Notes: generated by a model from the letters alone, not told the origin. Numbered from the stretch's first letter, positions 15,946 to 25,811 are shown. The stretch is DNA of 64,000 nt from Bacillota bacterium (GCA_023426245.1 JAFABB010000011.1:24862-88861); one strand, 5' to 3'. Numbers and translations are program-made.

Positions 15946-17759
15946 TAGGCTACCCCTCCTTCCCCACGGATCGACCAACTTAAGGTCTGGGTATAGGTGT
16001 CCCACAACCGGCGGTATTTGCCTTCCTCAGCCAATAATTGTCTGTGGGTCCCCTGCTGAATCAACCGTCCCTCATCCATTACCAGAATCTGATCGGCGTT
16101 CTGAATCGTAGAAAGCCGGTGAGCAATAATGATTACCGTTTTATCCTTGATCAACTCTTTCAGGGCCAATTGGATCAACTGTTCGTTTTCCGGATCGGCG
16201 AAGGCGGTCGCTTCATCCAGGACAATAACCGGGGCATTCTTTAAGATGGCCCGGGCAATGACGATCCGTTGCTGTTCCCCGCCGGAAAGGTGAACACCCT
16301 GGCTGCCGATGACCGTCCCATACTTATCCGGCAGTTTGATAATAAATTCATGGCACTGGGCTGCTCGGGCCGCCGCTATAATTTCCGCCGCGGTCGCCTC
16401 CGGTTTACCGATGCAAATATTATCCAGAATGCTTTGTTTAAAAAGAAACAGATCCTGAAAAACAAATCCCACTTTGGTGAGGAGATAATCCGGATCCATG
16501 GCTCGGATATCCACCCCGCCGATTTTGACAGCGCCTTCCCGGACATCCCAAAAACGGGGGATTAAGTGGGCGATGGTACTCTTCCCACTGCCGGAAGCTC
16601 CGACCAAAGCCGTAACCTCCCCTTGGCGAGCCTGAAAAGAAATATTTTTCAACGCTTCCACGTTGGTTTCTCCCAAAGTGTAGGAAAAGGAGACACCTTC
16701 AAAAAAAATTTCATTTCCGGCGGTTGTTAACGGATGAAGAGGTAGCGGCAACGGCTGCTCTGCAAAAATTTGTTCCAATCGTGCGACGCCGCTGCTTATC
16801 TGCCGGCCCGCCGATGTTACATACATTAGCTTCATAATCGGTCCCGGAAGCGCCGCCGAAAAGATCAAATAAAAAAGGAAGGAAAGAGCGAAGGATTGAT
16901 AATTATTGCTTTGACTGCCAAGAAAGATCCCCACCGGTATCAAAAACACCGCAATGGCGTTTAATATCACCACAAAAGCCACCCAGGAATTTTTCCAGGA
17001 AAAAGTATAGCGTAAGGCGATGTCCTTATACGCCATAATCGAATCATAAAAACGCCGGAAAGAAAAGACCGTCTGGTTAAAGACCTTGACCACTGAAATG
17101 CCGCGCACATATTCAACGGCCGAGTTGTTCATATCTTCCAGATGATTTTGAAAAGTTTCCATCATTTCCTTGGCTTTTTCTCCGGAAAACGCCTTGATCT
17201 GAATGAAAAATGCCGCCAGCAACGGTACCAGGCATGCCAAGCCCATCCGCCAATCAAATGCCAGCAGGATGATTAGCATCACTAGCGGCGCCGTCATGGC
17301 TCCGGCTAAATCCGGCAATTGATGGGCCAAAAAACCTTCGATTTTCTCGATGTTTTCATCCAGCATTTTACGGAGTTTTCCGGTGGAGTTGGCTGTATGA
17401 AACCCCAGGGGCAGTGAAGCCAGATGCTTGGTAAAGGCCAGTTTCAATCGATAAAGAATCTTAAAAGCAGCAATATGGGAGCAAATGGTGGAAGCATAGA
17501 GCAGTAAAAAGCTGGCTATCATTCCCAGCATGGCCCACCAGCCATAGCCGATAACCAGGATCCGGTTGGTCCGGGTCAAGTCCGCTGCATGCTTCAAAAG
17601 TTCTTGAATGATAAAATAAATGCACATAAAGGGGATAAATGAAGCCAGTGTGCTGAGCACCGCCAATATGCAAGACAGCACCAGTAGTCCCTTTTTCGCA
17701 CCGGCGATTTCCAACAGTCTGGTAATGCCGGTTTTTCGGTTGTTTGCGGTTTCCGCCAT
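15945..17759 (-). CDS. ABC exporter, fused permease/ATPase (heterodimer partner 1)
   Basis: Walker A GASGSGKST, signature LSGGEQQR, Walker B IVLDEATA. 604 aa. GGAGGAA lies upstream. Confidence 0.9.
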   Translation of the reverse strand: MAETANNRKTGITRLLEIAGAKKGLLVLSCILAVLSTLASFIPFMCIYFIIQELLKHAADLTRTNRILVIGYGWWAMLGMIASFLLLYASTICSHIAAFKILYRLKLAFTKHLASLPLGFHTANSTGKLRKMLDENIEKIEGFLAHQLPDLAGAMTAPLVMLIILLAFDWRMGLACLVPLLAAFFIQIKAFSGEKAKEMMETFQNHLEDMNNSAVEYVRGISVVKVFNQTVFSFRRFYDSIMAYKDIALRYTFSWKNSWVAFVVILNAIAVFLIPVGIFLGSQSNNYQSFALSFLFYLIFSAALPGPIMKLMYVTSAGRQISSGVARLEQIFAEQPLPLPLHPLTTAGNEIFFEGVSFSYTLGETNVEALKNISFQARQGEVTALVGASGSGKSTIAHLIPRFWDVREGAVKIGGVDIRAMDPDYLLTKVGFVFQDLFLFKQSILDNICIGKPEATAAEIIAAARAAQCHEFIIKLPDKYGTVIGSQGVHLSGGEQQRIVIARAILKNAPVIVLDEATAFADPENEQLIQLALKELIKDKTVIIIAHRLSTIQNADQILVMDEGRLIQQGTHRQLLAEEGKYRRLWDTYTQTLSWSIRGEGGVA

Positions 17760-17855
17760 TCAAATTCCTCCATTTCCGTAGAAAACTGCAGGTTTCAAGT
17801 TTCTCAACTTTTTATCATGTCGTTTTTTCATCCGGCTCTTAAAACGTTTATGAAA

Positions 17856-17871
17856 GTTAGGAAAGACTAAC
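17856..17871. promoter_or_regulatory. GTTAG-N6-CTAAC palindrome, copy 1 (upstream of ABC exporter pair)
   Basis: gttag gaaaga ctaac, 97 nt upstream of the start at 17759 and downstream of a tataat on the minus strand. Confidence 0.55.
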
Positions 17872-18135
17872 ACAGGCACTGTTATCTCTCCCTTGTTCCC
17901 GCTAGAATTATTATAAAATGGAGGCCGGAGGCTTTTCTACCCCGAACCGGACTATCCGTATCCCAAATGGTATTTTCGCAAAAGCTGATCGATATTCTAG
18001 GGAAAATGACGGTTATTAATAGCAAAAAGCCTGTCAGACCAATTCTTCAACGGTTTGACAAGCTTTTTTACTCCAACCACGATAACGAAAGCCGCATTAA
18101 CACGCAGAGACGAAATCCCCTTAAGAGAACATTTC

Positions 18136-19128
18136 TTAGCCGCGGAGATATTCTCCCGGATTCAAACCGTATTTTTTACGGAACGCTTCTCCGAAGTGAC
18201 TGATATTGGTATATCCTACTTGACTGGCTACATCTTTCACTTTCAACTTTTTTTCCTCCAAAAGAATCCGGGCTAATTCCATCCGTTTTTCCACAATATA
18301 AGCATAAACTGGCATTCCATAACTTTCTTTAAAACCTTTCTTTAACTTTAGCTCATTAAGGCATACCAAGCGGGCCAATTGGGTTAAGGTGGGCGGATCG
18401 GCATAGTTGAGATCGAGAATTTCCTTGGCCCTACGCAGACTCACCGCTTCTTCCGGCGAAAATTTCATCTTGAGCGGTTCCGTGCGCCCGGAGCCAACGA
18501 TTTCTTGAACATAGAGGGCTATTAATTCCAGCACTTTCCCTTCAATATAAATCCCCCTGGCTCTCTCCTGATAAGAGCAATTCACGATCTGCTCCAAAAT
18601 CCTTTTTGCCAACGCCGTGATTTTAAACTTCTTGCCTATAACCAGCGGACTTTCCAAACGGGTGATCGCCTGCACTGAGTGTAGATATTCAAAAATAGCC
18701 GCAAATCGTCCGGGATGAAGCGTCAATGTTATCCCATAGCAGTGCTCTCCGGGGATAAAGGTATGAAATCCGTCGATGAATTTTCCCCGGTAAACGCAAC
18801 TATCATCCCGCTCCAAAGCCAATAATTGGCCGGACCCCCGGATAGTGTACTCCATATCATCCGCCAAATTGAATGTAATATGGCAGGCATTGGCGTAGGT
18901 GGTCTCTTCCAGGGTAAATTCCTTCTGAAAACAAAAGTCATAAATATTGACTTCCAACTCCGGACTCAGGATGATCCGCTGGCAATAGCCTTCGCCCAAG
19001 GCTTGGGGCAACCGATAGAGACTCTCGGAGAAATCCCGGCTATATATCTTATTCAGTCCTTCCACCAAGCAGAAATCCGTTCCGGGCCGTGAATCTGTCT
19101 TATATGTCTTTTGCAACATGACATTCAT
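18136..19128 (-). CDS. AraC-family transcriptional regulator
   Basis: C-terminal double HTH (...LTQLARLVCLNELKLKKGFK..YG...Y......M..A..LL......V..VA..VGY.N.SHF..AF.K.YG..P..Y). 330 aa. Confidence 0.85.
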   Translation of the reverse strand: MNVMLQKTYKTDSRPGTDFCLVEGLNKIYSRDFSESLYRLPQALGEGYCQRIILSPELEVNIYDFCFQKEFTLEETTYANACHITFNLADDMEYTIRGSGQLLALERDDSCVYRGKFIDGFHTFIPGEHCYGITLTLHPGRFAAIFEYLHSVQAITRLESPLVIGKKFKITALAKRILEQIVNCSYQERARGIYIEGKVLELIALYVQEIVGSGRTEPLKMKFSPEEAVSLRRAKEILDLNYADPPTLTQLARLVCLNELKLKKGFKESYGMPVYAYIVEKRMELARILLEEKKLKVKDVASQVGYTNISHFGEAFRKKYGLNPGEYLRG

Positions 19129-19173
19129 TGCGGTTATCCTCTTCTATCATTACTTTATCACCCTCGATTCGCT

Positions 19174-19611
19174 TCATCCAAGGGCTTGAACTAACTTAGC
19201 CCCCAGTTTTTTGGACTCTGCCATTCCTTCCTCATCCGGCGTACCTTGAACCGTTAATCCATCCGCCACCATCTTCGCTCCCGAAGCTTCCATACGTTCC
19301 TGCCATTCTCTCATCCACTGACCGTCGCCCCAATCGAAAGAACCAAACAAAGCTAACGGTTTTCCCTGTAAGTTTTCAGTTAATAAAGATTCAACAAAAG
19401 GTTCCATTTCCGATTCTTCTAAAATCTCGTTTCCCATGGCAGGGCAACCCAAGGCGATGCCGTCCGCTTTCAAAACATCTTCCTTAACAGCGGCATCAAC
19501 AGTTGTCATTTTTACCTCGATATCATCGGCTTTGGCTCCTTCAGCAATCCCTACCGCCATTTTCTGCGTATTCCCCGTTCCGCTCCAATAAACAATCATA
19601 ATGTTTTTCAT
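19174..19611 (-). CDS. Short-chain flavodoxin
   Basis: MKNIMIVYWSGTGNTQKMA FMN-phosphate loop. 145 aa, acidic. Confidence 0.9.
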   Translation of the reverse strand: MKNIMIVYWSGTGNTQKMAVGIAEGAKADDIEVKMTTVDAAVKEDVLKADGIALGCPAMGNEILEESEMEPFVESLLTENLQGKPLALFGSFDWGDGQWMREWQERMEASGAKMVADGLTVQGTPDEEGMAESKKLGAKLVQALG

Positions 19612-19628
19612 TTTGACATTCCCCCATT

Positions 19629-20285
19629 TTAAAAAATTTTTTTCTGTTCAACCGGCTTACGTATCATGATCCATAAACCTTCCTTACTATAATTGATTTC
19701 ATAATAGCCGATATCTGCTTCATCAAGTTTCTTTTTTAAACTGGCGATGCTTTTCCGCCAAACGTCTTTGGCCATCAATTTAGGGTCGACTGCATTAATT
19801 ATTTCCTCGATGGTTTTGGAAGCCGGACCATTCCAAAAACCTCCCCCGATATACGCTACCCCGCTTGAAGCCAGCACCCGATAAATTTCTTGAAATGATT
19901 GTACCTGGTTTTGCTGAAAAAACACCGAACTTCGGCTAATGACCAAATCCATGCTCAGACTGGGAAATTGTAATTCATAGGTGCTGCCTTTGATTAAATG
20001 AAGCTGATTTTGATTAGCGCTTTTGGCAATATTTTTCCGGGCTTGGCTTAATGCCTCTTGAGAATTCTCCAACAGATATAGTTGTAAATCGCTAATTTGT
20101 GCCAAGGCCAAACCAAGCAAACCGCTACCCGCAGAAACAATCAAGCATTTTCCATCATGGATCCCTGTTTTATGTAGAATTTGTTCAGCCATATTCAAAT
20201 AAGTGGGATAGACCCATTTCTGATCCAGTTGTTTCAATGAGAGACGAACACTCAGAACCATCACTCCTTTCCAGGCAATCTTCAT
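19629..20285 (-). CDS. SAM-dependent methyltransferase-like protein
   Basis: Motif I-like LIVSAGSGLLGLALA, and post-I/II motifs (DLVISRSS, LASSGVAYIGGG). The start is uncertain because several in-frame Met codons exist. Confidence 0.65.
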   Translation of the reverse strand: MKIAWKGVMVLSVRLSLKQLDQKWVYPTYLNMAEQILHKTGIHDGKCLIVSAGSGLLGLALAQISDLQLYLLENSQEALSQARKNIAKSANQNQLHLIKGSTYELQFPSLSMDLVISRSSVFFQQNQVQSFQEIYRVLASSGVAYIGGGFWNGPASKTIEEIINAVDPKLMAKDVWRKSIASLKKKLDEADIGYYEINYSKEGLWIMIRKPVEQKKIF

Positions 20286-20351
20286 AAGCGGCGAACTCCA
20301 TTCCTCACTCCTTTTTTCTAAGGAGAAGCGACTGCATAATGAAGATAATGC

Positions 20352-20975
20352 TTATTGAATGATTGCTAATACCGAAACCGGTTTTATTCCTGCAAATATC
20401 GAAAATTGGTTTTCTTCCATTATTCTTATTAATTGAGGATCAAACTGTAAATCCCGGTTGATTTGTAATTGATGCCGGCACTCCTTAACACTTAATGCCT
20501 TTCGATATGGCCTTTCAGAAGTCATCGCGTCTACAGCATCACATACGGCAATAATTCGAGAACTTATTGGAATTTCTTCCCCTTTGATTCCATCGGGATA
20601 ACCATTTCCATCCCAGCGCTCATGATGATGTAAAACAATTTTCGCCAAACCTTTTAGTTGGCTTGAACGGGTCAAGATTTGGTACCCTATCGTTGGATGC
20701 TGCCTTAATATTGCAAGCTCTTCCGGCATCAATGGTCCAGCTTTATTTAAAACCCGGTCCGGAATGCCGATTTTTCCGATATCATGAAGATGAGCTGCTA
20801 AATGTAAATCTTCCAAAGCCTCCCCCTTCAATCCGGCGATCTCTCCTAGCTTGTAAGCCATGTCCGCAACCCTGGTCGAATGACCTCTGGTATAGGGGTC
20901 TTTCGCTTCCAAGGCCGTTACCAGACATTCAATAATTTCATGATAAACTTCAGCCATTAGCCACCAAGTATTCAT
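20352..20975 (-). CDS. HD-GYP domain protein (putative c-di-GMP phosphodiesterase)
   Basis: HLHDIGKIGIP and HHERWDGNGYP motifs. There is a 4-nt ATGA overlap with the upstream gene. Confidence 0.85.
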   Translation of the reverse strand: MNTWWLMAEVYHEIIECLVTALEAKDPYTRGHSTRVADMAYKLGEIAGLKGEALEDLHLAAHLHDIGKIGIPDRVLNKAGPLMPEELAILRQHPTIGYQILTRSSQLKGLAKIVLHHHERWDGNGYPDGIKGEEIPISSRIIAVCDAVDAMTSERPYRKALSVKECRHQLQINRDLQFDPQLIRIMEENQFSIFAGIKPVSVLAIIQ

Positions 20976-21274
20976 AAGCGGCTCCTCATCGTCTCATCTT
21001 TCATAGAAATCAAAACCTCTCGCAGTTGCGAACAAGAACGTTTCACAAATACCACTTTCAGCCCCCTTCGTTTGGCAGCGGCTTTCACTCCTAAAGCCAA
21101 CCGGTGATTGAGAAAATCCGTAAAAACAATGACCCCTTCGGCTTTTCGGTGAATCACCGTTTTCATGTCACCCATTTTGCGACCGGTTATATGATCAAGC
21201 AGATCAAATCCATGTTCTTCCAACAACTGCGGAATATTTCCTAAACGATCGCCTCCAAAAATAACAATGGACAT
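20972..21274 (-). CDS. DUF2325-like small protein
   Basis: 100 aa. The IVIFGGDRLGN...VIVFTDFLNH...K..AK pattern was recalled from the DUF2325 family. Translationally coupled to the HD-GYP gene. Confidence 0.55.
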   Translation of the reverse strand: MSIVIFGGDRLGNIPQLLEEHGFDLLDHITGRKMGDMKTVIHRKAEGVIVFTDFLNHRLALGVKAAAKRRGLKVVFVKRSCSQLREVLISMKDETMRSRL

Positions 21275-21287
21275 TTGTCACCTTCCC

Positions 21288-21926
21288 TTACTCCGTACAG
21301 ATTATTAATTTATCCGTGAAATAATCCCCCGGTCGTTTCCCTTCCATCATCATGTGAAGAAAACAACGCTTAGCTTCATGATAACGCTCAAATAGGGCCA
21401 GTTTGGGACCAGGATCATGATAGACTTTCCAATATCCGTCGATTAGTGCCTTTTTCCCTTTATTATCGATGAAGCTTAATACATCCGGCAATGGAATTCC
21501 CAGAAAAACTCCTATTTCATGAGGACATCCCCCAGAAAACCGCTCTTTTAAATCTGCCAAAGCCGTCTCTAAAGTTAGTTCCTCTCGGTAACCGCAACGG
21601 ATTAAAAATTGGTTGGTTGGCTTTTCCTGTAAAACATTTTGAAGCAAATCAGGGTTATAAAAAAGCACTATACTCTGTTCTGGAGTCCGTCGCAATTCAT
21701 AAAAGCGAAAATTTACCGAACAAGGAATTTCATCATGGTGATTTGTCCAAATCTCATTCAGCCGTCGTCCGATTTCACTGCCAAAGTTTAAAGTCACGGC
21801 TGGTTTATGCGCTTCCAATACCGGCGCAGAGTAATAAGCAATTAAATATAAAAGGTAATCCAGGGACTGATAATTCCCGGCGAATTGGTTATGTAAAAAA
21901 TTCATCGTTTTCATATCCTGTTTCAT
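21288..21926 (-). CDS. DUF3793-like protein
   Basis: 212 aa. The HKPAVTLNF and CPHEIGVFLG.P..DV motifs were recalled from DUF3793, which is often near flavodoxin genes in Clostridia. Confidence 0.55.
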   Translation of the reverse strand: MKQDMKTMNFLHNQFAGNYQSLDYLLYLIAYYSAPVLEAHKPAVTLNFGSEIGRRLNEIWTNHHDEIPCSVNFRFYELRRTPEQSIVLFYNPDLLQNVLQEKPTNQFLIRCGYREELTLETALADLKERFSGGCPHEIGVFLGIPLPDVLSFIDNKGKKALIDGYWKVYHDPGPKLALFERYHEAKRCFLHMMMEGKRPGDYFTDKLIICTE

Positions 21927-21948
21927 GAGTTTTCGTTTCCATTCTTAA

Positions 21949-21964
21949 GTTAGTTCAGACTAAC
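21949..21964. promoter_or_regulatory. GTTAG-N6-CTAAC palindrome, copy 2 (upstream of DUF3793-to-flavodoxin operon)
   Basis: gttag ttcaga ctaac, 23 nt upstream of the start at 21926. Confidence 0.55.
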
Positions 21965-22133
21965 TTTTTGTCGCTAAAAAACCTTGCCTAAACTTAATGT
22001 CCCGATGGATAACTTTTTCCCTAGAAGCTTGTTTTTACCAATGAGCCCATTGTATTCTTTCGAGCTATCCGTATTCACCTAAAACGGTGTAAACCAATTT
22101 TCTTCCGAACGAAATCATACGGATTCCGTCTTC

Positions 22134-22274
22134 TTATTCTTTCTTTCCACAGCACGATCCGGAACAACCATCTTCACAACCACAATTGCTCTCGCCCTTG
22201 GCTGCCCGTTTCACATTCCAAACGATTACAACCGCGAAAACCACAACGACACCAATTAAAATCAAATACCGCAT
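22134..22274 (-). CDS. FeoB-associated Cys-rich membrane peptide (46 aa, below the ORF-track cutoff)
   Basis: My translation is MRYLILIGVVVVFAVVIVWNVKRAAKGESNCGCEDGCSGSCCGKKE, one TM helix plus a Cys-rich tail. GAAAGGAGAAAGGG lies upstream of the ATG. It sits at the end of the feo cluster. Confidence 0.75.
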   Translation of the reverse strand: MRYLILIGVVVVFAVVIVWNVKRAAKGESNCGCEDGCSGSCCGKKE

Positions 22275-22304
22275 ATCCCTTTCTCCTTTCATTTTTTTAC
22301 TTTT

Positions 22305-22736
22305 CTATGGTAGGTAACACCCTTTACAAGTACCGTAAACACCAACTTCTTCAACGGAAAATGCGTTTCGTTCCTGAATTTGGTCAATCCATTCCGTAGC
22401 TTGCAAATATTCTTCAACGAAACCGCATTTCCGGCAGATTAACAAACATTTTTTGACTCCTCCTATTTGTAGCCGATAACGCTTACGCTCATCATTAGGT
22501 GAAATCGCGGAAATCAAGTGTAATTTCTCAAGCAAAGATAATGTCCGGTATATTGTGGCGATTCCCAGATGATGATTTTTTCTTTTCACCCGATCATAAA
22601 TAGCTTCACAGTCAAGATATTGTTTGGAGTTTTGGAACAATATTTCTAATATGATCTGTCTTTGACCTGTCAAACGATATCCTGCTTGATTCAGTGTTTT
22701 CATAGCAATAGGCAATAATTTGTTCATTTTCTCCAT
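22305..22736 (-). CDS. Fur-family metalloregulator
   Basis: Winged helix (R.T.QR..ILE.L.......A..IY........IG.ATIYR.L) and two CxxC pairs (CRKCG, CKGC). 143 aa. An alternative start is at 22727. Confidence 0.85.
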   Translation of the reverse strand: MEKMNKLLPIAMKTLNQAGYRLTGQRQIILEILFQNSKQYLDCEAIYDRVKRKNHHLGIATIYRTLSLLEKLHLISAISPNDERKRYRLQIGGVKKCLLICRKCGFVEEYLQATEWIDQIQERNAFSVEEVGVYGTCKGCYLP

Positions 22737-22780
22737 GCAATTTCATTAGTTCATTAAATTCTCCTGAAATCTTTTGGAAC

Positions 22781-22808
22781 CGCGTTGGGAAAGACACATC
22801 CCAACGCG
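22781..22808. other. GC-rich hairpin between feoB and the fur-like gene
   Basis: cgcgttggga-aagacaca-tcccaacgcg, a 10-bp perfect stem. The T-run is only partial, so it may be an attenuator, a processing site or a weak terminator. Confidence 0.45.
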
Positions 22809-22837
22809 TTCCGTTTCCATTTTTTATTGTTTTCTAC

Positions 22838-25186
22838 TCAGGCAGATAACCGGTGCTGGTCATTTCCGTCCAATACGCCCTTTTTCCCTTTACCAAGCCA
22901 CCAGAAAAATGCAACCATAAGGACTAGTAAAGCTAATGAAACTGCAATCCAAACCATTTGATGTCCCAATGTAATTTGATAAAACAGTGTTGAAGTTACC
23001 CAGGCCACTACAGTCAAATATCCCATAGCAAGCCAGCCATAACCTTTGCCGATTTCCCGTATGACCGCCCCCAAAGCGGCTACACAAGGCATGTAAAGCA
23101 GGATAAACAGCAGATACGCATACGCCTGAAGCGGTCCTTTGGTAAAATAATGTTGCATCATACTATAAACCCGCTGATCGGCGCCAACTTCCTCGGCCAC
23201 TGCTTTCTCGTCCCCACTGACTACGCCCAGGCCCAAGGGATCCCGCAAACTATCCCAGATTCCGCTTAAAGCGTCAGGTATCGACGCAAAGGCCTCCTTA
23301 ACCCCGCCCCACAAGTCAAAACCCTGATCCTCTTCAGCGGCATCCCCTTCTGGCGCGGTTGCCGAATCAATCTGGCCATACAGAGAATTAAGAGTTCCTA
23401 CCACTGCCTCTTTAGCAAAAAGTCCGGTAAAAAGCCCCACCGTTGCCGGCCAATTCTCCCGCTCCACCCCCATCGGCTCAAAGACCGGTGTAATCGCCCT
23501 TCCGATTTGGGCTAACACCGAATCAGGAGAGTCTTCATTGCCAAAAGTTCCATTGGTTCCGAATGAATTCAAAAATGCCAATATGGTAACCACAATAATA
23601 ATGACTTTGGTACGGAACATAAATACTTTCAAACGGCTCCAAGTATAAGAGATAATATTCTTAAAGCGCGGTGCATGATAAGGCGGCAGTTCCATCACAA
23701 AATGGGAGCGTTCCCCTTTAAAAAGCGTATTTTTGAGCAACAAGCCTGTCAAAACCGCCATTAAAATTCCGACCAAGTATAGAGAAAACACCATATTAGA
23801 GGCTCCTGCTCCGAAAAACGCGGCCCCAAATAAAGCATAAACCGGCAAGCGGGCTCCGCAAGACATAAAGGGAATCATAAATACGGTCAAATAACGGTCC
23901 CTTTTGTTTTCTAACGTCCGTGTGCCCATAATAGCCGGTACACCACAACCCAATCCAACTAACATCGGAACAAAAGCCTTACCCGGCAGCCCAATCCACC
24001 GCAAAAACCTGTCCATTACAAAAGCGGCTCTGGCCATATACCCTGAATCTTCTAAAATGGATAAAGCCAAGAACATCATGAAAATAACCGGGATAAAAGT
24101 TGCCAATGTCTGAACACCGGCGCCGACACCTCCGGCCAGGATCGTAATAAGCCATTCCGGTGTGTGGATCACGGATAACAATTTGCCAAAACCATCCACA
24201 AATACCGTTCCAAATAAAATATCAAAAAAGTCGATAAAGGAACCCCCGACATTCATCGTAACCCAGAACATTAAATATAACACGGCCAAGAAAATAGGAA
24301 TTCCCAGCAATCTATGCATCACAATTTTATCGATTTTATCACTGGCAGTCTCCCGGAATATGCCGCGTTGTACTATATTTTCCGTAAAGCTGCGGATCAT
24401 CTTGTAGCGGCAATCAGCCATAATCACATCGGTATTCTCGCCCAACTCGGCTTCAAGTTTGCTGAGAGTCGTTCGGATCTCCGTTTCCGAGATGGCGCCG
24501 GATGAAATCACCTTTTCAGTAACCCAAGGATCTTGTTCTAATAATTTCACAGCAGCCCACCGCTGATTGGTGCCTAATGTTTTTTCGGATCCTTGCAATT
24601 GGGGACTCCAGGCGGTAATAACCTTTTCCATTTCCAACGGATATTGAGGAAGTTTCTGAGAAACAACTCCTTCCCGCCAAGCTTTTCCGATAGCATCCTT
24701 CACCTTATGAAGCTCTTTTTTGAGAGTGGCGCTTGAACCTACAACCGGACAACCTAGTTTTGTCGCCAGTTGCGGTAAATCGATTTGGATTCCTTTCTCT
24801 TCGGCCAGGTCCATCATATTAACGACCGCCAGGACCGGCACGCCCATTTCTAAAAGCTGGGTAGTTAGATACAAATTCCGCTCCAGATTGGTAGCATCCA
24901 AAATATTGATTACCAGCCCAGGTTCACCGCTTAATATGTAATCCCGGGCCACCCGTTCATCTTCGGAATGCGCTGTCAAAGAATAAATACCGGGCAAATC
25001 CACCAAGGTAATTTTTTGCCCTGCAACTGAAATGAGGCCTTCTTTTTTCTCCACCGTGACTCCCGGCCAGTTTCCAACCCGTTGGTTGCTTCCGGTAAGG
25101 CCGTTAAAAAGGGTTGTTTTCCCACAGTTAGGATTTCCCACTACGGCAATTGTGCGGCTGCCCGTGCGTACGCTCGCTTCTTTCAT
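22838..25186 (-). CDS. feoB: Ferrous iron transporter FeoB
   Basis: N-terminal G domain GNPNCGKTTLFN, DLPG and NMMD, followed by a polytopic gate-motif membrane domain. 782 aa. TAATG overlap with feoA. Confidence 0.95.
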   Translation of the reverse strand: MKEASVRTGSRTIAVVGNPNCGKTTLFNGLTGSNQRVGNWPGVTVEKKEGLISVAGQKITLVDLPGIYSLTAHSEDERVARDYILSGEPGLVINILDATNLERNLYLTTQLLEMGVPVLAVVNMMDLAEEKGIQIDLPQLATKLGCPVVGSSATLKKELHKVKDAIGKAWREGVVSQKLPQYPLEMEKVITAWSPQLQGSEKTLGTNQRWAAVKLLEQDPWVTEKVISSGAISETEIRTTLSKLEAELGENTDVIMADCRYKMIRSFTENIVQRGIFRETASDKIDKIVMHRLLGIPIFLAVLYLMFWVTMNVGGSFIDFFDILFGTVFVDGFGKLLSVIHTPEWLITILAGGVGAGVQTLATFIPVIFMMFLALSILEDSGYMARAAFVMDRFLRWIGLPGKAFVPMLVGLGCGVPAIMGTRTLENKRDRYLTVFMIPFMSCGARLPVYALFGAAFFGAGASNMVFSLYLVGILMAVLTGLLLKNTLFKGERSHFVMELPPYHAPRFKNIISYTWSRLKVFMFRTKVIIIVVTILAFLNSFGTNGTFGNEDSPDSVLAQIGRAITPVFEPMGVERENWPATVGLFTGLFAKEAVVGTLNSLYGQIDSATAPEGDAAEEDQGFDLWGGVKEAFASIPDALSGIWDSLRDPLGLGVVSGDEKAVAEEVGADQRVYSMMQHYFTKGPLQAYAYLLFILLYMPCVAALGAVIREIGKGYGWLAMGYLTVVAWVTSTLFYQITLGHQMVWIAVSLALLVLMVAFFWWLGKGKKGVLDGNDQHRLSA

Positions 25187-25440
25187 TAACTTTTCCTCCT
25201 TATCTGCAATACATCAGCCTCGGTTTTGCGGAGCGAAAGATTATAATCCCGAACCATGACCTCAACGGGATCTCCCAAGGGGGCCACTTTAATCAGTTTA
25301 ACCTCAATACCCTTGGTAAGCCCCATCGCTAATAGTTTATTTCGATAAACAGGGTCGCTGCTTTCGTAACCGACAATTTCCCCAATTTCACCTGGTTTTA
25401 AATCTCTCAACCGGCTATTTTCTTTTAACTGCTCACTCAC
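25186..25440 (-). CDS. feoA: FeoA-family protein
   Basis: 84 aa SH3-like FeoA (L..L..G..G.I......D.....KLLAMGL.KG..V......PLGDPVEV). GTG start with GGAGGA 7 nt upstream. Confidence 0.9.
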   Translation of the reverse strand: MSEQLKENSRLRDLKPGEIGEIVGYESSDPVYRNKLLAMGLTKGIEVKLIKVAPLGDPVEVMVRDYNLSLRKTEADVLQIRRKS

Positions 25441-25453
25441 AATAAATTCCTCC

Positions 25454-25771
25454 TTATTTTGGACTCAAGTCGGACAAGATATATATCCGGCTTAAAAGAT
25501 TCCAGTCGACCATTACCCGGCTTTCATCAATCCGTAAAATAAAAGGTTGATGTTTACCACCCCTGGCGACCATAACGGTTTTACCGGGGAGGATACCCAA
25601 AGCCAACATTTTACTGCGAAATTCTTCATCACCAGTCATGCGGGATACCACCCCGCTCTCCCCTGCCCGCAATATGGCAAGAGGTTTTTCAATCTGATGG
25701 CTTAGCGTATCGGTAGCCGCTGAGTACCGGGGCAAAACGGGGTTATTTTCAGTCTTCAACACCATTTCCAT
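25454..25771 (-). CDS. feoA: FeoA-family protein (second copy, start re-called)
   Basis: The FeoA domain is in the C-terminal 75 aa. The ORF track opens at 25876, but the ATG at 25771 has GAAGGAG 11 nt upstream. A GTTAG-N6-CTAAC site lies inside the putative 5-prime extension. Confidence 0.8.
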   Translation of the reverse strand: MEMVLKTENNPVLPRYSAATDTLSHQIEKPLAILRAGESGVVSRMTGDEEFRSKMLALGILPGKTVMVARGGKHQPFILRIDESRVMVDWNLLSRIYILSDLSPK

Positions 25772-25795
25772 TCGGGATTCATCTCCTTCAACTTT

Positions 25796-25811
25796 GTTAG
25801 TCCCAACTAAC
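25796..25811. promoter_or_regulatory. GTTAG-N6-CTAAC palindrome, copy 3
   Basis: gttag tcccaa ctaac, 25 nt upstream of the re-called feoA start. Confidence 0.55.
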
